Part shown: positions 18,288 to 26,868 of the stretch, piece after piece
How positions within the stretch are numbered: the first letter of the stretch is position 1
Layout of the letters: each line of letters starts with the position of its first letter
Source: Chthonomonadales bacterium
GTDB lineage: Bacteria; Armatimonadota; Chthonomonadetes; Chthonomonadales; Chthonomonadaceae
DNA: 34,790 nucleotides
Assembly (NCBI GenBank): GCA_038217285.1
Contig: JBBQPO010000022.1
Location: forward strand, 1 to 34,790
Reading direction: 5' to 3'
Position numbers and translations under genes: made by a program
The notes under the pieces: model-generated
What the model was told of the DNA's origin: nothing
The model's input: only the letters and a program-made list of their open reading frames with translations
The model's database searches: none

Positions 18288-18352
18288 CTCATAAGCAACT
18301 CCCGCTTTTAAGCAGACATTAATCTGCTTAAAATCGGGAGTTGCTTTGTGAG
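18288..18352. repeat. Long hairpin / inverted repeat (possible terminator)
   Basis: aagcaactcccg-c-ttttaagcaga / tctgcttaaaa-t-cgggagttgctt, 23 of 24 bp paired with a 6-nt loop, extendable by about 5 bp. Confidence 0.75.
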
Positions 18353-18448
18353 TGAACTTGCTCCGTAAGTAGGCATGCTGAGCTGTCACACCTCTCAGAA
18401 TACTACCGCAGACGCCACGTGCGCCAACTCCTTTCACGCAGGCGCCCT

Positions 18449-18769
18449 CTACACTCCCGCCGCGAGGAGCGTAGAGACAAAGTTCATTACATCGGAGAGG
18501 TTTTTGAGTATCTCATCGATGCCCTTCACGTTTTGAAGGGACTCCGCGAGTGCGTCTTTCGCAGCCTGTGCATCCGCCACCGCGGCCTGAACGGCAGCGG
18601 TATCGGCGCTAAAATCCAGATTTCGAGCTGCGATTGCCTGCGCGTCTGCACGCTGTACGGCGCGCACGACCCGACCGGCCTCATCATCATTAAGACATCG
18701 GTTGAGCATCTCGCTCATATGATCATGAAGAAAGGTCGATATTGCATCCGTAAATTCAACTGGGTCCAT
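18449..18769 (-). CDS. Small helical hypothetical protein (106 aa)
   Basis: AAAGGA RBS; amphipathic Ala/Leu-rich sequence; co-oriented 75 nt downstream of the lipoprotein. Confidence 0.7.
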   Translation of the reverse strand: MDPVEFTDAISTFLHDHMSEMLNRCLNDDEAGRVVRAVQRADAQAIAARNLDFSADTAAVQAAVADAQAAKDALAESLQNVKGIDEILKNLSDVMNFVSTLLAAGV

Positions 18770-18844
18770 CGTTCTAATCCTTTCGTTTGGCAGGGGAACG
18801 TAATTTTTCGTCCCCCTGTTTCGGTTGTGTCCACGTCAGAAATG

Positions 18845-20491
18845 TCAGTTCGCTGGCGCGGGGTCTTCTGAAGTCGCTGGGGCCTGATTTTTGGGTGGAC
18901 CATCGGTCAGGTCATGGCCGATTTTCACCAGAGCCTTCAGTTTCTTTTCCATCGCATTCACCGCACTGTTTGCACCCTTGATATGACTCTGGCGGAAGAA
19001 GTACGCCTGTGCCTTGGCATGCGATACTGCCTGATCCGTCGCTGCAGGATGCGAGATCAGGTGAAATGTGTAGGGATCCAACTCCGGTTGTAACGCGCTG
19101 CGCGTGTCAAGGTCCTCTTTGGTGTCGATCAGGGCTTTGACCGTGTTGTACGACTGTACATAGTAGATCTTGCTTATCGCAAAATATTCATCTTCCTCGG
19201 CCCCATAGAGGTCTGTAATGTCCTGCACGGCCAGATTGATCTTGGGCAAATCTTTGTAGAAATTCCGTACCTGGACATCGCGGGCAAAATCTCCAAACGC
19301 CCTGGTGAAGATGTTCGCGGGGATGCCATGCCCAAGATGGAGGGGATGGTGATTCACCGCTTCGATCTGTTTCTGTACATCCTCAGCAGCCGTGATGGTC
19401 TTCCCACGGGCATCGAAGTTGATCAGATCGCCGACGGCCGTAAAGACATCGGTCAATCCCTGCGCCAGTTCGACACGACTGTTTATCGCCTCTTCCTGCA
19501 GGTGCCTCTCTTCATCGAGCATTGCTACGATCCCATCCCGCAAAAGGTTGGCCAGCAGCAATCGATTGACCCTCTCCTTAATGGGGCTAGGCAGGTCCAC
19601 CATTCTTGTGCGCGGAGCGCCGGCACTCTTATTTTGCGGTGGTCGCTGGCCGCGCAGGTCCGTGAGAAACTGCTTTCGCGCGGCCGTTATCTTTGCCGCC
19701 TCTGCGGCTTTCGCCGTATCATCCAGCGCGATTGCCGGTTCCACATCGGGCTGAAACGTATTGGCCAGCGCTTCGATCACCTCATTATTGACCAGCTCAA
19801 AACGTGCCGCCCGGTTGGTTTCGGGAGCCAGAGCCGCCAGCGCTGCGGCCAATTGCGGCTTTAGAACGACCTGCTGTTGAGGATTGGCCTTCAGCAACTC
19901 CTCTTTAATGCCGTCAACCACGTCCTGCAACGCCTTCCGCTTCTCCTCAGCGTCTTTTTGTTGCTGACCCGTAAAGTCGAGTACGGCCTGACTCTGATAG
20001 AGCACTCTCGTCTGAACGAGGGCGGTCAGATCCTTGGCCAGAGCCTTTTTTAGTTCTATGGGCGAAGCGCCGCCCGTGGGATCCGCTGCATCCAGTAATG
20101 GCCCTGCCGTAGGCAGATGTTCGCGAACCAGATGCAGGGCCGGATCTAATGGGTTCTTCAGCATATGGACCAGCAACGGCACATCTTTTATGTCAGTCGG
20201 ATCGAAAAAGTAGAGCGTCTTCTCCATAACCGGCGGACTGCCGTAAGTTAACTGCCAGATAAATAGATCGTGCGTTTTCTGGCTTTGTTGAGTCAACTCC
20301 TTGTACTGCGCCGTCAGATCGGCACAAGTACCGGCTCCCTGGAGGACGAATTTCTGGGCCGCTTTACGTTTCTGATTGTCGCTACAGCCTGCTGTCAAAA
20401 CCATAATGACCACCAGAACCATCAGCATCGAACGGTGGCGGGATGTATGCGATATGGACAGTTGACAGGGCTTTCTACTCTCGGATTTCAC
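18845..20491 (-). CDS. Large helical lipoprotein of unknown function
   Basis: AGGAGA RBS before GTG; hydrophobic stretch followed by the lipobox LTAG-C; 548 aa with coiled-coil-like segments. Confidence 0.75.
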   Translation of the reverse strand: MKSESRKPCQLSISHTSRHRSMLMVLVVIMVLTAGCSDNQKRKAAQKFVLQGAGTCADLTAQYKELTQQSQKTHDLFIWQLTYGSPPVMEKTLYFFDPTDIKDVPLLVHMLKNPLDPALHLVREHLPTAGPLLDAADPTGGASPIELKKALAKDLTALVQTRVLYQSQAVLDFTGQQQKDAEEKRKALQDVVDGIKEELLKANPQQQVVLKPQLAAALAALAPETNRAARFELVNNEVIEALANTFQPDVEPAIALDDTAKAAEAAKITAARKQFLTDLRGQRPPQNKSAGAPRTRMVDLPSPIKERVNRLLLANLLRDGIVAMLDEERHLQEEAINSRVELAQGLTDVFTAVGDLINFDARGKTITAAEDVQKQIEAVNHHPLHLGHGIPANIFTRAFGDFARDVQVRNFYKDLPKINLAVQDITDLYGAEEDEYFAISKIYYVQSYNTVKALIDTKEDLDTRSALQPELDPYTFHLISHPAATDQAVSHAKAQAYFFRQSHIKGANSAVNAMEKKLKALVKIGHDLTDGPPKNQAPATSEDPAPAN

Positions 20492-20639
20492 TTGAGTTCT
20501 CCTTTTGTGGTAATTGAGCCACGGAAACTACTCTGGCCGCACTTTTGTGACCGAGCCAGTTGGTCGGATCACTCCCTTCGCAAAATCATTCCGCCTACCA
20601 CGGACTTTCTAAGGTGATCCAGGAATGTTTCACCTATAG

Positions 20640-20666
20640 AACGTATTGTCTCGTCGCTTTCTTACA
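20640..20666 (-). promoter_or_regulatory. Candidate ECF promoter TAAGA-N16-CGTT for lipoprotein operon
   Basis: TGTAAGA aagcgacgagacaata CGTT, with an upstream A8 tract; same motif at 24725-24751. Confidence 0.5.
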
Positions 20667-20672
20667 GGCCGG

Positions 20673-20879
20673 TCAACTCTCCGGCGGAAAACTTTTTTTT
20701 AGCGATGTGCCGATCAGGGTGGCGAGGAAGCTGGCCTCTGAAAGGCGCGCTTTACAGAGCGGACAGAGGGCAAGGTGCTGATGGGCAGCGGTCAATTCGA
20801 GTTCTCCATCGCGGCAGGCGACGATCTGCTCGGGCGTAAGGTGCGCTGTGAGCGGCATGTCTGGTTGGGCGGATGACAT
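20673..20879 (-). CDS. Minimal zinc-binding anti-sigma (ZAS, zf-HC2) protein, 68 aa
   Basis: HL..EQI.A..DGEL....HxxxCxxC (HLALCPLC); lies directly after the ECF sigma gene. Confidence 0.75.
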   Translation of the reverse strand: MSSAQPDMPLTAHLTPEQIVACRDGELELTAAHQHLALCPLCKARLSEASFLATLIGTSLKKSFPPES

Positions 20880-20886
20880 GGTGCGC

Positions 20887-21615
20887 TTACGGCGTCTCAA
20901 AAAGATCGGAGTAGCGGGTACAGAGTCCGGTCTTCAGGCGCTGCTCGGCGCGGGCCAGCGCCACGCCGACGTGATTGACCGTCATGCTCATTCCCGCCGC
21001 TATCTCCCGGTAACTCTCCGCTCGATAGTGTCTTCGCCGAAGCAGTTCTGAATCGCGATCGGAAAGACCTTCCAGCACACACAAAATGGCTGCCTGTTTT
21101 TCTTTGGAGAGCAACAGCCGCTCTGGATCTATCGCTGTCTCGTCCCATTCCGGGGCGATTTCCACGACCGGGATCGATGACGCACGGGTTCGCAGCGCAT
21201 CGTAGATGAGGTGGCGAACCACAACCCGTAAATACGAGCTGAGCAGATTCCCTTCGCCGCCCTGCCACCGCCGTAGGCGGCGACAGTCCTTCTCCCAGAG
21301 ATGCAGAAACACTTCCTGGAACAGATCCGCGTGATCCTGCTGAGGAACAGACAGATCGTAGAGTTGCCGATGGATCAGCCTCTCGAATCGGCGCACGAAC
21401 CGCCGTGACGCCGCCTGGTTTCCGGCCAGGAGACGGTCGAGCAGCTCTTGATCCGCTTCCGGCCCGCCCACGTATCGGACTCTCGCCACCGGCTCGACGT
21501 TCGGCCGTAGAGAAAGCTCCAGAGCGCCTTCGGCACTCTCATAGCAGCCAGGCGAAAAACTTTCGAAATGCGCGTTTCCTGCCGCAGGATCGCAGGGGGA
21601 AATCGAGATCTGCAT
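20887..21615 (-). CDS. ECF sigma-70 family RNA polymerase sigma factor
   Basis: Region 2 (DLFQEVFLHLW, SYLRVVVRHLIYDALR) and region 4 (LSDRDSELL..HY.AESYREIA.GM.M....VGVALARA); ATG 21615 with a GAGGT RBS. Confidence 0.88.
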   Translation of the reverse strand: MQISISPCDPAAGNAHFESFSPGCYESAEGALELSLRPNVEPVARVRYVGGPEADQELLDRLLAGNQAASRRFVRRFERLIHRQLYDLSVPQQDHADLFQEVFLHLWEKDCRRLRRWQGGEGNLLSSYLRVVVRHLIYDALRTRASSIPVVEIAPEWDETAIDPERLLLSKEKQAAILCVLEGLSDRDSELLRRRHYRAESYREIAAGMSMTVNHVGVALARAEQRLKTGLCTRYSDLFETP

Positions 21616-21735
21616 GGAACCATACCTCTCACCGGGATTTGAGGGTATTGTATGGTCAATGGTGTATCCCAAAGCGTATCCGAATTGGAGAAAGTGCGTA
21701 TCCTCGGTCGCTTCTGTTAGGGGAGGTGTCTCTCC

Positions 21736-24621
21736 GTGACATCCGAAATGTCCGTCCCTCCCATGACCATCCGGCTCTTCGGAGGGGTAGAGGTCCAGGT
21801 ACAGGGGCAGCCGTTGCCGAAACTGCGCTCGCGGAAAGAGGTTCAGCTTCTGGCGCTGCTGACGCTGGCCCAGGGCCGCACACGACAACGGAGTGCGCTG
21901 GCGCAGACCCTCTGGCCGTTTCCCGATCACTCGGTCGATCAGGCGGCCCGCTACCTGCGGCGCAGCCTGAGCGAACTCAGGAAAGCGTTGGGAACCGAAG
22001 CCTACCGTCTGCCCATTCAGGCGGATCACACGCTGTGCCTGGATCTGGAAGGGGCGGAGGTCGATGTCGTCGCCTTTGACCGCGCGCTGCAGGAGGGAAA
22101 CGTCGCTGCGTTGGAATCCGCCGTCGCACTCTACCGGAGGCCGCTACTGCTCGGGCATACCGAGACCTGGGCGGAGGAGGAGCGGGAGGTCTATCGACAG
22201 CGATGTATGCGGGCGCTCCGGATGCTCAACGGCCATGCGCAGCAGCAGAACGATCTCCCGTCTCAGATCGCCTGGCTGCAGCAGGCGGTTGTGCTGGAAC
22301 CGACAGCGGAAGCGATCCACCGCGCGCTGATGGAGGCACAGACCGACCACGGCGAGAGCGCCGCCGCGTTGCTGGTCTATCAGGAGTTAAGCCGCAGGCT
22401 GCATCGCCTCTGCAATCGCGCCCCGGACCCGCTCACGACGGCGGTCTACCGCAAGATTCGGGACGGGAAACCGTCACCGCCTTTGGCTCCCACGACTCTC
22501 CTCTCTCCGGTTCGCTCTCCCGCAGGATATCTCCCCCATCCCCTGACCTCCATTCTCGGTCGGGAGGAGGAGACGCAGGCCGTACGCCGATGCCTGGAGC
22601 GCGGTCGCCTGGTGACGCTGACGGGCATCGGCGGCGTCGGCAAGACCCGGCTGGCGATTCACGTCGCACGCCTGGCAGCGGCGGAGTACCCCGACGGGAT
22701 CTGGTTCATCGATCTGGCGGATCTCACAAATTCCGAACTGATTCCTGAGAGGATCGCCGGTGTGCTGGAGATCGACCTCAGGACAAACCCAGGGCAGGCT
22801 GCCCTGCGAACCTTGCAGGAGCATCTTGGGCCGCGGCAGGCGCTGTTGATCCTGGACAACTGCGAACATCTGCACGCTGCCTGCGCCGGGTTGGCCCAGG
22901 CACTCTTGAACCGGTGCGGCAGCCTGCGCCTCCTGGCGACCAGCCGACGTCCTCTCGGCCTGATCGGAGAGAATCTCTACCGCGTGCCGCCTCTGCGGAT
23001 GCCCGATCCCTCGACACTAAGCGGCGCGGATGGCGATGTTTGGAAGCAGGTCGATTCCTACCCTGCTGTACAGCTCTTCGCGGAACGCGCTTCCGCCATC
23101 CGCTCCGACTTCTATCTTCATGCCGACAACATCCGCTCTATTGTCCGGATCTGCGCGTACCTGGACGGCATTCCGCTTGCCATTGAGTTGGCGGCGGCCC
23201 GGGTGGGCCTGATGACGGTGGAACAGATCGCCCGGAAACTGGACGACCGTTTTGCTCTTCCAGCGCAGAGTGGCCCAACAACGCCGCCCCGCCAGAAGAC
23301 ACTACGGGCGTTGATCGATTGGAGCTACGATCTGCTGACACCCGCGGAGAGGACGCTAATGATGTGTCTTTCGGTCTTCCGCGGAAGCTGGGACGTCATC
23401 GCGGCCCAGGCGGTCTGCGCAGGAGAAGACCTCGACCCGGATAGGATCGCCCGCGGGATCGAGGGCCTGGTAGACCATTCGCTGGTTCTGGCAGAACCCG
23501 GACGTGAGCAGACACGCTATCGTATGCTGGAGACCGTCCGCCGGTACGGGCAGGATCGGTTGGAACAAACAGCGCTGGAACCGGAAGTCTGGGCGCGCTA
23601 CCGGGATCACTTTCTGACGATGGTCACGCAGTTGCAGCGAGACATGCATGGGCCGGATCAGGTGAAGGCGCTGGCATGGCTGGAGCGGGAAAACGAGAAC
23701 CTCCGCGCCGTGTTGGCGTGCTGCCTGGAACGGGAAGAGGGCGAGTCAGCGCTGCGGTTGGCGGGGCTGCTCTGGCGATTCTGGTATGTGCGTGGCTACT
23801 ATGCGGAGGGCGCCGACTGGCTGGAGAGGTCGCTGGCGGCGGCAGGAGAGACGAAGGACATCGTCCTGCTCAAGGCGCTGACAGGCGCAGGCAATATCGC
23901 GTATGCGACCTCGCGTCTGCCCTATGCACGCCTCTGTTATACACGCAGCCTGGAGATACAACGGGCACGTGGCGACAGGCGCGGCGTTGCCGCGGCGCTG
24001 AGCAGTCTGGCCAATGTGGCGCAGGAAGAGGGAGACTACGCTGGTGCTCGCTCCCTCTTCGAGAGTGCGCTGGAGGTTTTTCGCAGCCTGGAGCAGAGTC
24101 AGGACATCGCCCGAACGCTGGGCAATCTTGCGCTTGTCTATGCCGCCGAAGGGGACTATGATCCGGCTCTTCCTCTGCACCACGAGAGCATAGCGTTGTT
24201 TCGTCGGAGCGGAGATGGGCACAATCTGGCGCACAGCGTGAACCTGCTGGCCGATACCCTGCTTTCCCGGGGCGACCTGGCGGAGGCGGAGGCATGCCTC
24301 CAGGAGAGCCTGGGGCTCAGCCTCGCTCAGGAGAGCCGGGCAGAGCAGGCACACAGCCTGATCTACCTGCGTAAGCTGACCGTAAAGCAGGAGCGCTGGC
24401 AAGAGGCAACCCTCCTCCTTGGAGCGGAGATGGCTCTGCGTGACGAGATGCAGATGCCTTTGCCCCCGCAGGAGGCGATAGAAGCCCATTCTTATCGAGA
24501 GCAAATCGAAGCCGGCATGGGCCGGGAAGAGTTTCAAGCGGCCTATCAGCAGGGCCGGGGCATGTCCCCGGCCGCGATAGCAGCATTCCTGTATCCCACG
24601 CTGCCGAACATGGATCCCTAA
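21736..24621 (+). CDS. AfsR/SARP-type regulator: wHTH-BTAD-NB-ARC(STAND)-TPR
   Basis: IRLFGG/LLALL/LW/LSELRKAL (SARP wHTH); DVVAF, LYRRPLL and EP..E..HRALM (BTAD); Walker A GIGGVGKT; LLILDNCEHL; GIPLAIELAAAR; C-terminal TPRs; GGAGGT RBS. Confidence 0.93.
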   Translation: MTSEMSVPPMTIRLFGGVEVQVQGQPLPKLRSRKEVQLLALLTLAQGRTRQRSALAQTLWPFPDHSVDQAARYLRRSLSELRKALGTEAYRLPIQADHTLCLDLEGAEVDVVAFDRALQEGNVAALESAVALYRRPLLLGHTETWAEEEREVYRQRCMRALRMLNGHAQQQNDLPSQIAWLQQAVVLEPTAEAIHRALMEAQTDHGESAAALLVYQELSRRLHRLCNRAPDPLTTAVYRKIRDGKPSPPLAPTTLLSPVRSPAGYLPHPLTSILGREEETQAVRRCLERGRLVTLTGIGGVGKTRLAIHVARLAAAEYPDGIWFIDLADLTNSELIPERIAGVLEIDLRTNPGQAALRTLQEHLGPRQALLILDNCEHLHAACAGLAQALLNRCGSLRLLATSRRPLGLIGENLYRVPPLRMPDPSTLSGADGDVWKQVDSYPAVQLFAERASAIRSDFYLHADNIRSIVRICAYLDGIPLAIELAAARVGLMTVEQIARKLDDRFALPAQSGPTTPPRQKTLRALIDWSYDLLTPAERTLMMCLSVFRGSWDVIAAQAVCAGEDLDPDRIARGIEGLVDHSLVLAEPGREQTRYRMLETVRRYGQDRLEQTALEPEVWARYRDHFLTMVTQLQRDMHGPDQVKALAWLERENENLRAVLACCLEREEGESALRLAGLLWRFWYVRGYYAEGADWLERSLAAAGETKDIVLLKALTGAGNIAYATSRLPYARLCYTRSLEIQRARGDRRGVAAALSSLANVAQEEGDYAGARSLFESALEVFRSLEQSQDIARTLGNLALVYAAEGDYDPALPLHHESIALFRRSGDGHNLAHSVNLLADTLLSRGDLAEAEACLQESLGLSLAQESRAEQAHSLIYLRKLTVKQERWQEATLLLGAEMALRDEMQMPLPPQEAIEAHSYREQIEAGMGREEFQAAYQQGRGMSPAAIAAFLYPTLPNMDP

Positions 24622-24724
24622 AAGCTGCCTTCACCTTCGCGCCTCTGCCTTCCTCACTCTCCGCTCTGCACCCGCCGGCCTCCTTTATGGAGTCGGCGAT
24701 TTTTTTGTTCAAATCTCTCCCTTC

Positions 24725-24751
24725 CCTAAGATCGGCCCTTTGACCGGCGTT
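24725..24751 (+). promoter_or_regulatory. Candidate ECF promoter TAAGA-N16-CGTT for 24889 gene
   Basis: CCTAAGA tcggccctttgaccgg CGTT, with an upstream T tract. Confidence 0.5.
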
Positions 24752-24888
24752 TCTTATGCGAAAGAGCTCTCCGCTCCCCGGGAAGCGGCTCATCCTCTCT
24801 TTCGAACCTGTCAATTCGGCCGATTCGCTGGCAAAGCGAACGGCATGTCCACTCCCGCCCCGGGCAGAGGAGTTATGGAGATGGTGCT

Positions 24889-25245
24889 ATGAAATTTGCT
24901 GGTTTTCTCGGAAACGCGGGGCAGGCGGCGCAGAGCGATCGCCGGGCCTCTCGGCGCGGTCCCAGTGCGCTGGCAGCCGTAGCCGCCGTGCTGTTCATGG
25001 GTCTCTCGTTGTGCGGGCAGGCCACGCCGGCCCAGGCCGCAACCTACGTCTACCTCTACACGTCCGGCGGCTCTCAGGATGTCACCTCGGAAATCCTGGT
25101 CAGCAACGGTCATACCTACGTGATGACCGCCAACCCGTTCGAAATCGTGATAGACTACGGCAAAGGACACGTCTATGACATCGACGGTTACCTGATCGGT
25201 TACATCCAAGGCGATGGGACGCCCCCTCCCGCTTCTTACAACTGA
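24889..25245 (+). CDS. Small secreted beta-rich hypothetical protein (118 aa)
   Basis: GGAG RBS; signal peptide ending PAQA; Tyr/Val-rich strands; followed by a hairpin. Confidence 0.7.
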   Translation: MKFAGFLGNAGQAAQSDRRASRRGPSALAAVAAVLFMGLSLCGQATPAQAATYVYLYTSGGSQDVTSEILVSNGHTYVMTANPFEIVIDYGKGHVYDIDGYLIGYIQGDGTPPPASYN

Positions 25246-25259
25246 TAGCCGTACATAAG

Positions 25260-25300
25260 ACGGCGGTCCTCACGAATTCAATGTTCGTGAGGACCGCTGT
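25260..25300. terminator. Hairpin between convergent genes (probable terminator)
   Basis: Perfect 14-bp stem gcggtcctcacgaa / ttcgtgaggaccgc with a 7-nt loop. Confidence 0.7.
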
Positions 25301-25323
25301 AGAGTGACGGGATCCTCAGGCAG

Positions 25324-26757
25324 TTAAAAGAAGGTTTTGCCAAAACTCATGCCGACAAATCCCTGCTTGTTGGCGGCTCTCCCCACAGAAACAGTCAACT
25401 CTGTAAAGTTGCCAAGACGCTGGCGCAAAAATACGCCGTAGGTGTCGTTGAGTTGCAGACTGTTTCGAAAGTTATATTCGACGCCGGACTGCGTTGTCCA
25501 ACGACGGATATCCCCCTTCGGCTTTCCCAGCGGGCCAGGCAAAAGGCGCGAAACGCGGTTTTGCCAGTAGACGGCAACTCCAGACCGTATCGTGGCAGCG
25601 CCGGAACCCGTTGTAGGAGTATATTGTAGCGCCTGCACGCCAACCAGAAACGTGATCCCATTATAGGGTTTCCGCGGATCGATAGGAAACAGTTTTGAAA
25701 CGCTCAATCCTGCGGTGGTAAAGGCTCCTACAGTATCGATGTGTCTGTAACTGAACTGTACCGAGGACCGCGTTTGTGACTGGATCTGCGCCACCCGGCG
25801 ATTAGCCTCCGATTGGCTCGCAATAAATGCATTCGTCGGACTGTTTTCCACGATGGCGGCGGCCAGAACCGAAGGAGACTGTTTTCCCGCAGAGAGCAAC
25901 GATTGAAAAACGGAGAGTGAATGGACCAGCGCGGGGCGTTGCGGAGACAGATCGAAACGAAACGAGGCCGCGTAGCCATTCAGATCCGAAAGGTAGGCCT
26001 GCGCTGCGACATCGAAGCCACCCAGGCCACTACTGTAGATTACTTCCGGTGTATAGACGGTCGGCCCGCCTCCCGTTCGGACCTGGATACCGGCATAGTA
26101 GCCGGAAGCGACGAGGTCGGGAGGAAACAGATTTTCGATTCCCTCCTCTTCCTGCGCGGTAAACGCCGTTGAATTTTGCAACGATGCTGGTAGGCCGATA
26201 TAGACGATGTAGTCACGAAGTAACAACCGATTGAGAATGAAGACGCCTCGATTGACAGGATTTTGATTTAGTACTGCCTGCGTATCCGGCTGTAAGACCC
26301 CGGACTTACGGAAAGCCTGGCCCTCCATGGTATCCAAATTAAAAAGAGTAGGACTGTCCAGTGCCTCCTTTCGTTTATTGTCATCAGCCAAATTTTTCAG
26401 ATGCAGGAGAATCTGCAAGGGATCCGTCGTCGTGGAGAGGGTTAGCTGAGACTTAGCCAGCGCCGTTGTCAACGCACCAAACTCAAGTTTGAAATAATCA
26501 TTGGAGTGTACGTAAGCGTTAATCTGGTTTGCCCGGTCTAAGCCGGAATAGAGCGAACTAGCCATCGGGCTCTTGTCGTCGATCGCGAGGAGGGCGGCAG
26601 ACAGATTGATGGCGTTGTTAAGGCCCGTGGAGACGGAGGTTTTCGTGGGGTCTTTCTGTAAATTGGGAATGCTTTCTTGAGCGAAAGCAGAAGCAGAAAG
26701 AAAGCAGCTCAGCAAACAGGCAAACATGAGCAACGCAAGCAATCGGATGGTACGCAT
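25324..26757 (-). CDS. Exported protein with helical N-part and probable C-terminal beta-barrel
   Basis: Signal peptide ending AFA-Q; AAAGGA RBS at ATG 26757; alternating amphipathic strands in the C-half, ending GFVGMSFGKTFF (terminal Phe typical of OM barrels). Confidence 0.65.
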   Translation of the reverse strand: MRTIRLLALLMFACLLSCFLSASAFAQESIPNLQKDPTKTSVSTGLNNAINLSAALLAIDDKSPMASSLYSGLDRANQINAYVHSNDYFKLEFGALTTALAKSQLTLSTTTDPLQILLHLKNLADDNKRKEALDSPTLFNLDTMEGQAFRKSGVLQPDTQAVLNQNPVNRGVFILNRLLLRDYIVYIGLPASLQNSTAFTAQEEEGIENLFPPDLVASGYYAGIQVRTGGGPTVYTPEVIYSSGLGGFDVAAQAYLSDLNGYAASFRFDLSPQRPALVHSLSVFQSLLSAGKQSPSVLAAAIVENSPTNAFIASQSEANRRVAQIQSQTRSSVQFSYRHIDTVGAFTTAGLSVSKLFPIDPRKPYNGITFLVGVQALQYTPTTGSGAATIRSGVAVYWQNRVSRLLPGPLGKPKGDIRRWTTQSGVEYNFRNSLQLNDTYGVFLRQRLGNFTELTVSVGRAANKQGFVGMSFGKTFF

Positions 26758-26868
26758 CGGAAAGTTCCTTTCGGGTAGCGAGGCGGGGATGGGTTCGCTC
26801 CGAAGCGTCCGGGCTGCGGTCACGGGGTCTTGCGAAAACAGATCGGCGTCAGAACCGACTAGCGGGCA

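Noticed and set aside
20693-20700. A8 run near the ZAS gene end as a frameshift or phase-variation site truncating a longer anti-sigma
   Set aside because: Both alternative frames hit stops within about 10-22 codons, so there is no hidden extension.
21616-22029. Long N-terminal extension of the ECF sigma ORF
   Set aside because: Overlaps the SARP gene on the opposite strand and the divergent promoter region; ATG 21615 has an RBS.
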